A DNA stretch of 48,306 bases from Callorhinchus milii (Eukaryota). A model generated the notes under the pieces. That model did not search any database, was not told the origin of the DNA, and saw only the letters and a program-made list of their open reading frames with translations. Shown piece after piece: positions 10,522 through 22,600 of the stretch (position 1 is the first letter of the stretch; each line of letters opens with the position of its first letter). Position numbers and translations under genes: made by a program. The stretch lies in contig NW_024705396.1 in the NCBI RefSeq assembly GCF_018977255.1, forward strand, positions 1 to 48,306. Direction: 5' to 3'.

Positions 10522-11208
10522 CTTCCACAGCAGGCTTATCCGGGACAGAAGCGGCAGCTGGAATCTGACGTGGGCCTGATGATGGTAGATGCTGTGGATT
10601 AAATCACGCCCTTCTGTTTGCGATCCAGGACATGAGCGAAATGCTGGCCGCCCCTCCAGCTGACAGTTTGACTGGTGGCCTGGACGACCCCGCGGTTTGC
10701 TGCCTGGCCTCCCCCGGGACCAGCAGCCTTGGTCACTCACGGGACCTGGGTTGCCCTGCTGGATGGTAGCCTGGCAGCCCTCACATTGGGCAGCCTTGTT
10801 GCTGGCACCAAGAATATCTACGTGGCTTGCCGCCAGGCTTGTGTTGCCCCGTTCGTCGAGGCTTGGTTCCCGATCAACCACCAGGCTTGGCCCACGGCCT
10901 GCCACCAGGTTTGACCTGCTGTCTGTCATTGGGTTCAGCCCATGGCTACCCATCTGGTTTGCCTCTTGGCTAGACACCGGGCTCGTCTCAACGCTAGCCA
11001 CTATGTTCATCTCATGGCTAGCCATCTGGCTCATATCATGGTTAGCTATTGGGTTGACCTGGTGGCTTTCCACCTGGCCCATTTCACGGTTAGCCACTGG
11101 GCTCGCCTGATGAGTTGCCACCTCGGTCTTCTCATGGCTAGCTACCGGGATTTCCTCATGAATTGCCGCTGTGCTCGGAACAGCTGTCTGGCTCATAAAC
11201 CTTGTCAT
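10522..11208 (-). pseudogene. Probable large exon encoding degenerate octapeptide repeats
   Basis: Acceptor TTTCAG|ATG at 11208 and donor AAG|GTAAGC at 10522. About 12 imperfect 8-aa units (VASHEKTE, VATHQASP, VANREMGQ...). Same strand as, and upstream of, the USP exons. Confidence 0.55.
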
Positions 11209-12004
11209 CTGAAATACTGCGGCAGCAACAAAAGATGTTCTTGATATGCTTAATGAAGCCCTTTTTCTTGCACTTCACCATTGTGGTGTAAAGTATAAAA
11301 TGTGTCCGTCTCAAAATTATGATGGCTGAATTTGATTTGTTGTAAAACTTGCAAATAAGAAACCCATATATCAAATTTAGAACATGTCTGACCCCCACCC
11401 TGTCAGATTAGCAACTGAGTCTGTGGGGGGATGTGGTGTCACAATGACATCACAGTGAAGTACCGTGCACAGGTCACATGGGAGCCCCTGTGAATGTGAC
11501 GTCATCACACCCCCCACTGAATCTTTTCTCCATAGCATCACTCAACAGCACAGGCCCCAGTGTTTGGTGATTACAACAATCACGCTAAATAAATTTTGAA
11601 ATATCTAAGTTAACAAATGTTAATGGTGAATGGTTTTAAAATGTAATTTATCCCAAACGAACTTCGTTGCGGGAAATGTATTTAAATGTATATTACGATG
11701 TTGTATTCCATCTGATTGTTGTACTTTATTCTTTTCCATTTATCATTTTGGTGACTGAAGTCACTTGTAAATATTACACCATCCTTGTCTCATGAGTTAT
11801 GATTAAACAAAATGAAATTGAAATCGTCTTCAAATAGCTTCACTTAATGTAACAATCCCCGCAGCACTGGTGTAACATCGCCTAAATTTGACTAAATAGT
11901 AAGAGAAGACTGAAAATTGTGCACGTTTAAACCCAAAGTGGGTAGCACAATTTAATAAAATATACAATTATAACTATCGGTAACGTGTTGTTTACACTCC
12001 TATA

Positions 12005-12210
12005 ACTTACTATCTCACAAACCGGCCACTCCCTCTCCAGGCTTAACTGAACTCCAACTGCCATTTGACTCCTTTTTATCTAATTATTTAATTACTGCAT
12101 TTAATTGCCACAACCAATATCCTCGTGGTTGCTCTTGCCCCAATTGACAGCCCGCGCGGCTGTTAACCGATCACACGTCACAGCCACGAGCTGTAGGGGC
12201 GGGGCTCTGT
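12005..12210 (-). promoter_or_regulatory. Candidate promoter and first exon of the USP-like gene
   Basis: GC box GGGGCGGGGC and CRE-like CACGTCAC are conserved with the paralog at ~1286-1320. A minus-strand donor GTAAGT lies at 12010-12005. Orientation fits the USP exons. Inference only. Confidence 0.3.
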
Positions 12211-12300
12211 CCACTCAGTGGTGATGTTAAATGTTCAGATTTAGCAGCACGAGTCTCATCTCTGCAGTTCCCCGTTGTGCTGCCACCTTTATCATATGAT

Positions 12301-12781
12301 CCTTATGGCGGTACCCCCGGGGTACCAAATAATACAAAATGGCCAAGGCAATTAAATATTTATATATACAAATCAGTCTGCCTCAGCAGCAGACCATGCT
12401 TTCCCACCTGATGACGGACGCTTGTGTTGCGCCCGAAACGTGATTTATTTTATACCTACGTGACTTTACCGAAAGAATGAAAGAGTATGGATTCCTGCAG
12501 TCACGAAAGCTTCAAATCAAGATTGAATTAAATATTTTCAGGTGTGTACTTAACTCCGCGACTGGGGTACCAATCAATCTGAAATCAGTGCTACTCCACG
12601 ATGTCGAAATGCAGCGAGGACGATTGCACTGAAACCCTGAACGCTCCCGGTACGCACCGTAGTAGTGCATCGTGTGCAGCTCGTCGAGATGAATCGATTG
12701 CCGCATCGCCGACCATCGACGGACTAAAAATGACTGTATCACGGACATTATCCTATGGTACCCCTGGGTACCGCCATAAGG
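12301..12781. mobile_element. piggyBac-like MITE
   Basis: TIRs CCTTATGGCGGTACCC / GGGTACCGCCATAAGG; TTAA on the right flank (left flank TGAT, degenerate); absent from the paralog at ~1410. Confidence 0.7.
12404..12442 (+). ncRNA. Degenerate hammerhead ribozyme in a PLE fragment of a related subfamily
   Basis: CTGATGA 12408-12414, stem II GGACGC/GCGCCC around the same TTGTGTT loop, then GAAACGTG. The cleavage triplet is GTG and stem I is lost, so it is probably inactive. Duplicate at 38621-38659. Confidence 0.6.
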
Positions 12782-13566
12782 TTAATATATCCTCGTAATT
12801 TCTTCATACACGAGAATTGTGTTTAACTACACTGGAACACGAGCTAATTTTATTACTCCTCGTCAGTAGACGTCCTCTCGGAGGCATTTCATTCTTTGGC
12901 TGCCACTCCATCACTGTTCTTTAACTCTTCGCTAGCAACAGTTTGATGTCTTTAACCTGTGTATTTTCCCTAATCCACATGTTCCTCTTTCACCCACCCC
13001 GTCATGTGCCGTCTTTGTCTTCTTCATTGGTGCTCGGGAACAGCACTTGCCCCAACAGTCTGTTAAGTTCATGTCGGGTTCTTTGTATTGGCCCGTAAAA
13101 ACTCCTATTGGGTCTTCAGTAAGGAAAATGTTCCCCACCCACTGCTCTCTTCAACGTTGGTATGTAAAAACAAACTTATTTTAAGAACGACAGACCCATT
13201 GGCCTCATCACACGGATAGAAATTGAAGATCATGAGAACAGAAGAATTGATGAGTTGGAGTACAACAACTTCGTGGACAAGCTGGGTTTATTTACAAAAT
13301 GTTTCTCTACATTCTTCGAGAAAGGACTGATGATCATATCAAATATCATTATGCCTATTGCCTTTGTAGACTCGAAAAGGGCATTGGCTCAGTTACTATG
13401 TATACAGTCTGCGAGTACTGCAATAATTAAATAAATATAATGTCTAGTTTACAGCGCCTGTGTCAGTCCCCTGCTGGAAGAAGGCCTGCCAACGCCATGT
13501 TGGCGATGGTTGACCATACTTCCCCCACGCTGTTCAGTGTTGGTGACCCTTATCCCCGCCTACATT

Positions 13567-13867
13567 GGATGCCCCGGTGGCGAGATGTTAACTACCTCGC
13601 CTAGTATGCAGTAGGTCGTGCATTCGATCCCGACCCTAACGCCTTTTGTATATTTGATGTTTGCACGTCTCCCTCCCCACGGTCGCGTCGTTTTTTTCTC
13701 CGGGTTCTCCGGTTGTCCCCTTCACATTTAGAAACATGCGTTTAGAGTATTTGGTTGCTATAAATGTCCACGTAATAAGCCATTTCGTTGAGCTATCAAC
13801 TATGGACAGGTATCTTCTGAAAAAGAGCTATATAGCTCAGCGGGCCTTACCTGGCAACAAAAAAACA
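13567..13867 (+). mobile_element. Full-length V-SINE-type element
   Basis: tRNA-like head (GGTGGCGAGATG...TTCGATCCC), V-like domain, and L2-like tail CCTTACCTGG followed by an A-rich end. Confidence 0.75.
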
Positions 13868-14029
13868 ATAGTCTAGTTTTAGTTTCATTCTGATAATGAT
13901 GGAGCAGGTGGAGTGAAATTAACCAATGTGGCCACTGGAGGGCGGATGTTTACGCATCACAGCGAGGCGCGTCCACTCAGCCTGGGGACAAACGAGATAC
14001 AAAGACAATGATCTCCCGTATTACCTGAA

Positions 14030-14770
14030 CAGACTGTTGAGGGCAATTGCTGTTAGCAAGCACCTATGAAGGCCAGCCGCCTTTGTCTCCCCAGTGGCGA
14101 TGTTTACACACCGCACCAGGTGCTGATTTGAGGCTGAGTCAACCTTGGGGAGGCCCAGGAACGGTTCAGATAATCGTCACCTGGTGTTGGTGGCCGTGAT
14201 CGGAACTCGAACTCGGGTAACTGGGTTCGTAGCGCAGCGTTAACCGCTGAACCATCGCTCCCAACACACTACAGACGCCACCTCTCCCTGCCCGGCCCCC
14301 ACGAGTGTGAAGCAAAAGTCGGGGGTGCAACTTACAATCCGGTATGTGTGCGTGTGTGTGGGGAGACAAAGGCGGCCGGGCGTGGTGCTGACCAACCCAA
14401 CGCCTCGTATGCAGTTTCCGGATTTCATAGGTGCAGCTCGCTAACAGCACTTGCCCCAACAGTCTGTTACAGGCTACTCGGGGAGCTTTGACTTTGTAGA
14501 GCGGTGGAGCAGTGGTTAGCGCGCTTCCACTACGAACCCGGCGAACCGAGTTCGATTCCTGCTCACGACCACCAAAAGCAGGTGACGATTATCTAAACCA
14601 GTTGGGGGCCTCTTCTAGGTCGACTCAGCCTCAAATGAGTTCCCGGTGCGGTGTGCAGTAAACACGTGATTGTTGACCACCCACCCCCTCGTGTGCCCTG
14701 CCAGCTTTCATAGGTGCTGATTACTCGCTCTAACATCACTTGCCCCAACAGTCTGTTACAGGCTACACAG
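14030..14770. mobile_element. Cluster of tRNA-derived SINEs in both orientations
   Basis: Minus copy ~14030-14290, partial plus copy ~14330-14490, and full plus copy ~14497-14770 with A box TGGAGCAGTGG and B box GTTCGATTCC. Confidence 0.7.
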
Positions 14771-16653
14771 GGGATCTTTTCCTTGTCACCAGATTTGTGC
14801 GTCTTACTTTCCGGCGCGTCTCATGGATTTCGGGGAATTTGGCTGTAGACAACCGTCTCTGATTTCTGTGCCTCTGTAGATTCACAAAACTCAGAGGGAG
14901 AGTGCCGCCGCGCGTTGCAGTCGGTTCCTGCCATTGTCTCTCCACTGCTGAATGGAGGCATCTTCCACCAGTTGCCCTCGCTCACGGTCCATCGCTCCCA
15001 CCGTCCGTCCATCTCTTGCACGTGAACTCATTCATTGTTTCGTCTCCACAGGGGTCGTCCTTTACGGTATTGTTTTAGGTTTACATTTTGTGTCTGGGTT
15101 GTAATGTACTGGAGCGTGGTGTAAAGTGAGAATTGTGTGTGGAGTGTGTCTTACAGTGTGGTATACAGTGTAGTGTTGTGTATAGTGTAGTGTCTGTAGT
15201 TTGTGGTTTATCGTGTAGTGTCTGTAATTGTGGTGTATAGTGTGCAATAACGTGGATAGTACAGTCTGTCATATATAGTGAAGTGTCAAGTACGGTATGA
15301 ATAGTGTGTTGTACAGTGTATATTGTGTACTGTGTGTGGTTTATGTGGTGTTGCATATAGCGTGTATAATAAATTCCATGTGATGGAAAGTGTAGCCTAT
15401 GTGGCGTGATGTATAGTGTAGTGTGGCGACAAATACATTTCCTAGGGGTTGAGCCATACTTCATCACGCTGGTGAGTGCCTGGTGGTAGCAGAATCGGTT
15501 CAGATATCACGAGCCAGTGATGCTCCCCATAGCTGGCAATTAAATTGAGATTGTTGGCTTCATAGACTCTGTCATGGAGCTCTTGTGGTATTGCAGCCAC
15601 ACACTGTTGGTCATTGTATATTTACGTGCGGAATTAATGCATTCAAATGTAGCGGCTGTAATCGAGCTATTTAGTCCATGGGCCAGAGCAGTAATTGGTA
15701 CAACGTTAGGTAGTATGTTTAGTCGCACCTTCGGATAAATACGCCTAATGAGTGTGTTACTTGATAACCCGCACCTCCGAGTAGCACACTAGGCTACATA
15801 CGGTGCGAAAGAAATTCAACATGCATACACCACCACTCGTTTCAAATGTTTATCAAATAATTCACTGTTTTTGCCCCCACATTTGGAATTTGCAACCACT
15901 GAAGTGATGGATCTCGTGGATTAAGTGGGTATCTGAACTGCATGGCAAAACGGCCATCAAAATTCACTACTTTATTAAACACAGAAATAATGCAGTAGTC
16001 ATTTCATCGGTTCACGTTGCTGTATGGATGTCCCTTGGCTATTAGATCTGAACATGGCCTTACGAACTACATACAGAATCATACCCAAGAATAGGAATTT
16101 GATTCAAACTTTTATTTTTAAAGTACGTATTTTTGTATTCACAAAATTACAACATGTACACATTTACAATGATAATAATCTTCTTTGTGGATGTGGTGCT
16201 GGCGCTGCTGGGCTGTGTTGTGTCAGCGGTATTCATCAGGACCCGGTGTGCATCGCCCTTGCAGCGGTGGCAGCGGTGGTGGCAGGGGCAGCAACTTGAC
16301 CACGTCCCTCGTGTGATATCATCCATCAGTGATCACGGTTAATCTCCGGGGTCAGGGTCGTCGCTGCCGCCTCTTTTAATGCCATTTCCCATGGCCGCCG
16401 TTGATTTGACTGCACACGGGTATGGCCTTCATCTCTGGGGACCTGCGCACAGCACATGGAACGACCGCTACGTGAGTTTCATTGGCCCAAAGGGCAACCT
16501 GGTGAACTTCCCGTGAGTTCAACATAGATCGAGCCTTAACAGCGAAGGTGGAAGGAAACCTGCCCAACTTAGGTAAAAATGAAAATGATAACGGCGTGGC
16601 TCTGAAATTTCTTGCTCATGCCACTGCTGGCAGAAAGTCCTCGAGTAGACAAA

Positions 16654-16683
16654 NNNNNNNNNNNNNNNNNNNNNNNNNNNNNN
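16654..16683. other. Assembly gap (30 N)
   Basis: Run of N. Confidence 1.
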
Positions 16684-19600
16684 AAAGTGAGGGGGAGATA
16701 AGCGGGTTTGCATTATTTCCAAGCGGAATCTCCGAGCAGAGAAATACACCCCAGCCGAGTAATAGAGGTCCAAGTAACACGCCGGCGACGTCATATGCCA
16801 CTAACCTTTTGCTCGGGCGAATATAATCCTTGGTCGACCTACCGATCTCGAGTAAGCCTAGGGAGAGCACATTGAGGTCAAGAGAACCTCTGTGGAGCCT
16901 ACCTTTACGCCAATATTGGATCAGGGGGATCTATTAGTCTCGACTGGCGGAGGGGACATCTTCATGAGAGATGACTGAGTATTCGTAAAGTCAATCAATC
17001 GATAATACTCTTAAGCTTGAACACCGATATGACGGTTGTTAAGTGAACCAAGAATTCTAATCCTTACCGTAAGAAGGACGCCTCGCCAGTTACGCTCGGT
17101 GAATTCCAAGAGGTCAGTAACTATGTGCGATTATATGACCCTGTTTTCTGCAGCGAGGTCAGCCATACAAGCACTTTCACGGAGCGAAACTGCGCCCACA
17201 ATGCTGTCTCCACAAATTTACTCCACGTCCGACCATGATTTGGCTTATCGAGGAATACCAGAGCACTCAAAAGAGGCAGGAGGCGGTATCAAGTTTCAAT
17301 TGTTCATGGCCAAAACACTACGGATCTTTTTCGCTACTTTTAAAGTATGATCTTTTACTCACGGAAAAAGCAGATGTCACAAATCATTGCCAATGCGGGC
17401 TACTCGACGTCTAAGAAGTCGGGGTTGAAACTTCTTACCCATTGCATTGTTGACCGCCGACTGGCCGTTGCACCTCCATACCGAGTTAGATAAGGGAGAC
17501 GAGACCTCACAGGAGTGGTGACTCATTATAATATTACTGATGTTCATGCTTCGCCAAGTTCGTCAGGTACGCTTGGCCCAGGGTTCGCTACTCCCATACG
17601 ATATCAATTTCCCTATAATGTTTAATCTCTGCTCCAACATCGAGATTATGCCCTGACGTTGAGACATGGAGCTTAAGTTAATGATGTCTGCCAAGAGCAG
17701 CACTGTTTCGGAGCGCCTAAGTTCTTTCGTACTTACTAATCTCGCATCCGTTAAGAAAGACATTACTCTTGACCCCGCATCTCTGTACGCCTGACGCCAT
17801 ACAACCCAGGACGCACAAAGGCACCTTCGTCCTAGCATTTGGAGTCACTCTAGACACCTCGTTTAGTAATACCATTGCTCCCAATCGATGTTATTATTGT
17901 GACGCAGGAATCCTCGCCCAGCGGTAGACCACGTCAGTTTCCCTCCACTCCACAAGGGCCTACCCGGAACGGGAATACATAGGCCTCGATGCCAGTACTG
18001 GCTTTTCATCCTGAATTCCAGTACTAACGGGCGACGTGCGATCTCTGAACACCTGATTAAATGGACCTCATCTCCTAGGGCGCTCGCGCGTCTAGAGCAG
18101 CCGTTAACGGCCTATAAATGCAAGGGTCGTTACCGTAACCACCGGTCCACGTATCTATGGGGTGCTTGGATCGGGGAAGGGCTATCCACCGGACCTATGT
18201 CCGCACATTGTAAGTTCCACTCACTTCCCACAGTGGATTAATTTGGCTTAGGTCTTGAAGTGAGACACATGACGTGTAATACCAGGCGAAACTTATATCC
18301 GCCCGGTCGCGGTTCCCGGAAGGGTTGGGGAGCCTAGAGGAGCGAATCCGACATGGCGGGCACTACTAGCGTCGATCCGGTTGGCATAGTGCTTGTGCCT
18401 CGGAGGGCCCTTAACCCTTGACTGGTGCAGCGAGGGGGACTGCGGGTCCCAATTACCTTTTCTAGATCTTTTCTATGGGACCGTCTATCGCCATCTAATT
18501 TGGCAGCCTTCTCAGGTGGTAGGCCCCACGCGAAAGCTAGGTCTGGCACGGTCCTACGACTAAGATACGAAATGGCGAGGTAGCCAAGGAAGGTACGGCA
18601 TCGCAACGGGGATAATGCGATATCAGGGTCGTCCCATTGATGCTTGTACCAACTTTCCCCAGGGCTGGAGTCGCATTGAGGCGGTGGGTTTTAAAGGTGC
18701 CATTTCAGGGGGGAGTGCGGCGTCGGGAGCACGCATGGAACGCCTCCCTAATAGGGCGGAGGTAAAAGCTGCCGCAGGGATAGCTGTAGTATTTCTCCTT
18801 TGCCCGATATCGCGAAAGGATAAATTGAAGCGAGGCGGATCGCAAGTACCGCCGGAAAAGACTAGGTCATATCTATAGCTGATGCGTATCGGCTTGTTCG
18901 TCAAGAGGGTTATACCCATCGTAAACCCCAGTGAGATTCACCTTTATACCGTGGACCAACTAAGGACATCTCTAAATGACGACCACGGTACCGTAGGAAC
19001 AAAGCACATTCCACTTGTACGTTCTTTGTGGTAAGTAATCTGAAACATGTACCAGGGTTCGTGCCGATCAAAGCAGACACTTTGCATATGTTAGGGCCAC
19101 CATTCTTTAACTTCTTTTTACTGCTTCCCGATCCAACGATCGGCCCCAATTATGTCTGGGTGATATGACGGGACACCCGCTGTCTTCGCGAGCGCAATTA
19201 CCGCAAGGGAGATACCTCCGTAGGTTCACCAAAGGATGGCTGGCCCTGTAATTCCTTGCGATCGAAAAGAATGAGATCGCCGCCGTCAAAATAACACCCC
19301 CCACCTGGACCCGAATCCTGTGGTTCGTAGGGGCTTCCATCTACGGCCGAAGGTTGATCTGCGGATATAGCCTGAACTCCGGACTCCCTGGCCGGTATAG
19401 CATGGTAGACTTGGGGAGGCTGCCAGATTAACCTTTTCTGCGCCCGCGTCCCTCGCTTCTTCACCTGTAGCCCAGAAGGGATCGTAACTAAGTGCGCCGA
19501 ACCCTTGAACTGCCCATTTAGGGTTATAGCTAGTTGGATTAAAAGTTTGAATCTCACCACGGCGATGGCTACACGAGTCGTGGATTTTAGCGGTAGGCGT

Positions 19601-22600
19601 AAGGTCCGGCTCCCCAATCCTACCTCAACAGATAGCCTTCAGGATGGCATGAGCAAAGAGGCGTTGCCCTCTGACTTAGTGACGCGCAGCTAGATGCACG
19701 GAGGACTTTAGATGCTGGAATCAAAGCCGCGATACTCGCAGACCTCGTGAAATTCTGCTGTTGACATCGGCGATGTGAACCCTCGGTCTGGCGACACGTC
19801 CATCGAAGTTGCACCAGTTATCAAAAGAGTCGATGCATGCGCCACCTTATGGCTGACTGGAGCAGTCGGTTGAACGTTACTTGCAATTCTTCTGTCTCAA
19901 GCCGAGGACTTTCGTCCGTACCAGAAGACCCTGCGGTTATCTGAGCACGGGCGTATCTTCTGTACCAGTGCCAGCCGGTACGGGTCAAGTGGCAAAATCA
20001 CCATTCAGACCAATTAATTAACTAGAGACGTTGACAACTGCCAGAGGTTCACGCGAGAATACGAGATTTCTCAACCAGGTATATGCCTGGGGTGAGTGTA
20101 GGTCTTTCTAGCACGGACACTCTGAATCCGATTACGTATTACCACATATCAGGGTGGGCGCGGCCCTCTACTGGCCTATGATACCACAGACCTACTTCTA
20201 ACGCAGTCCTGAGTAAAGTACAGCTCACGGGGACTCATTTGGGTCCCAATGGGGGGATGTTTCTGGTCATGCAGTTCACTAAATCTTGGTTCCCAATATA
20301 ACCCCACTACTAGTTATGCCAAGGTAGTTGTAAATAATACTAAGCAGCACCTCAGTCGTCTGTCTCTTATGGTCCTCCCGGGGAGTTGGCTGACGTGGAC
20401 AGATCGGGTGCCATCTCCGAGAATAAGACTTTTTGATGTAGACTACCTCTACCTAAGAGTTGCCTCTTCTGTCTGCAAACTATCTAAACTCAACGTCGTA
20501 ACAGACGTTGGTTACAAATGGGGCGACGCTATCGACCCGCCATACAAATCATCCAAATTGCATTGCCTGGGGGACATTGGCTTCAGCTAGCATGGTCGAA
20601 GTGCAGGGTCCATCCGCCGAAACCAGCAGAGTACATTAATCGAATCACCCCAGAAACTTGAGGAAGTCACAGAGCGGAGAATATCGTGGTTGCAGCCATC
20701 GTCCCGTCCCTTCTTACTTGTTACCCGGCTGGAGTAACAAATGCTCATTTAGAAGGTGCTTCGATCGACAGTGACCTGTTCACGCGCGCCGGCACCCGGG
20801 GATCTGGTCGCTGCGGGGGCAATATTGCCTACCAGCGAACGTGCCCCACGCTAGTCAGGCAACTACTGATCCCTGAACCGAATATGGATTGTATTTCCTA
20901 TGATTTTAGAACGGCGTAAGGAGGTGTGTAGCCAGCGCCTTAATCGGCAGTGGTCAACTTTATTGGTCTATACTTGCAGTCCCCCCGAGTCGCTCCAGAA
21001 GTACACTGGAGGACTAGAACGTACGTTCGCGCATGGTAATTGGTTCTACAACCTGGTGACGTCCAGGCCGGGCTAGGATAGGACCGTCCACCCTTGGACC
21101 AGGTCTGTCACATCTGACCCAGTACGTTGGACAGTGATCCGCCCAAGTCCAGTGGGTATAGACCATGCCTTTTAAGCACGAGAAATGACACAACGGTAAT
21201 TGCTCTATGTCGTCGGTGCGTCGTACGAAGGTCGTAAGGCGGCCCAATATCAGGCCGGTTGTATAGTGAGCTTGATGCCCCCGTAAGATAGAAGTGTTAG
21301 TAGGCTTTTACCCACTGTCATGTCGCAGCAGGGCATACGTCATAGTGACGAGTTTTGCTGTCATGGGCCACAAATAGAATAACCTTTTCGTCCTCCACGG
21401 TATTCATACTATCGCAAAGCGATGCTACAACGTCCTGGAGGGTCAATCACACGGGTTTATTGGTTGGATCAGATTGCGGTAGCCCGTGGGTATGCGAGAT
21501 CGAAGGCTTTGCAGATCTTATTGTCGAACACTAGGCTTTCCCTAATATCAGGCCTCGTAGGGTGGAGGAAAGGCAAGCAGGCCATGAGGGCGACGGCAGT
21601 AAGGAAAAGCTCCGATACCTGAGAGAGATGGCGGTGCGCGAATCGTGCCGAGTATAATACGTATGAATTAAATTGGTATCCATCTCTCTTGTTCGGGTTC
21701 GTCTAGAGAATCATTTATAGTCGGTGGAGCTTAATACAACTCGTTGGACGACTTTAGATATCTGAACAATAGAAAGCAACGTGAGCCATAGCTAGATTAT
21801 GCTGGTGCATATTGCTGCCGGTTTCTGTCCGATGTGGCTTATGACAGGGCTTAGTTAAGCGTCGCCCCACCGCTGACAAGGGATTGAACGTCGTTAAATC
21901 CCCTCGTGGTAAGTTGGTGCCTATTCTCTGGGAAGGTAGCGTCAGTCTGGAAAAGGAGTCGTTCGCGGCGGCTAGGCCCGTCGGGTCATGTTACCATACT
22001 ATCATGTCGCGAAACACTAATGTAACTACAAAGAACATCCCAAAACCAGGTGACGTTCCAAACAGGACCTCCGGATCCAAGTCAGGCATAGAGAAGGGAT
22101 TAGGCTTCCCTCGCAGCCAGGAGTTTCCGTCGCACCTTAAACTAGACTATTCCAGTTACTATAACGATAGTATATTACCACCCAACCTTATAGTGTGAGA
22201 GTTCGACTGCTAGTTAGAGTATATTACCGTTGACCTCGGGTACAGGGCGAATGTCCTCGGCCAATCATACCCGACCGTGGCGGGTAGCACCCCAAGTGCC
22301 CCACCCTTTAGATCGATTCGGCTCATCTTGCCCGTTATTATAAGGGGAACTACTTTGCTCGAGGGGATTATGTCGGTATAGCTGTCATACTGGTGTGTGC
22401 GGGGGGAAGCGACGCCATATATCTATTAGAAGATTAATCTTTGAGTCTGACTACTTCAATTCAGCCTCGGCCTGGACGGACAAAAGGCCTTTCCACGACG
22501 TTAGGGCGGATGTGACTGTGTGCTGGAATGGATGGATACCAGTTCGGATGTCCGAAACACCCAGCGCAAGCGTGTATGGCATTCGCCTGACTGTTGGGGC

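Larger units (their letters stand above)
8527..11208 (-). pseudogene. USP36/USP42-like ubiquitin-specific protease pseudogene, copy A
   Basis: Spliced exons carry the Cys box (9756-~9576), His box (9227-9087) and Asp/AYxLFY exon (8627-8527), plus a probable upstream repeat-rich exon (11208-10522). There is an in-frame TGA at 9733-9731 and the central USP exons are missing. Degenerate 3' exons probably continue to ~7900. Confidence 0.85.
11824..16653 (+). repeat. Older diverged paralogous unit of the cassette
   Basis: 11824-12300 ~ 1089-1420; 13000-13545 ~ 5480-6020; 14550-16650 ~ 6330-8440. There are many substitutions and different TE insertions. The unit runs into the N gap just before the USP catalytic exons would appear. 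Confidence 0.85.

Noticed and set aside
14497..14570. tRNA gene
   Set aside because: The A/B boxes belong to a SINE head continuing into SINE body; there is no complete cloverleaf.
17991..18111. 12-bp palindromes GCCAGTACTGGC and GCCGTTAACGGC
   Set aside because: About two such palindromes are expected by chance in 9.4 kb.
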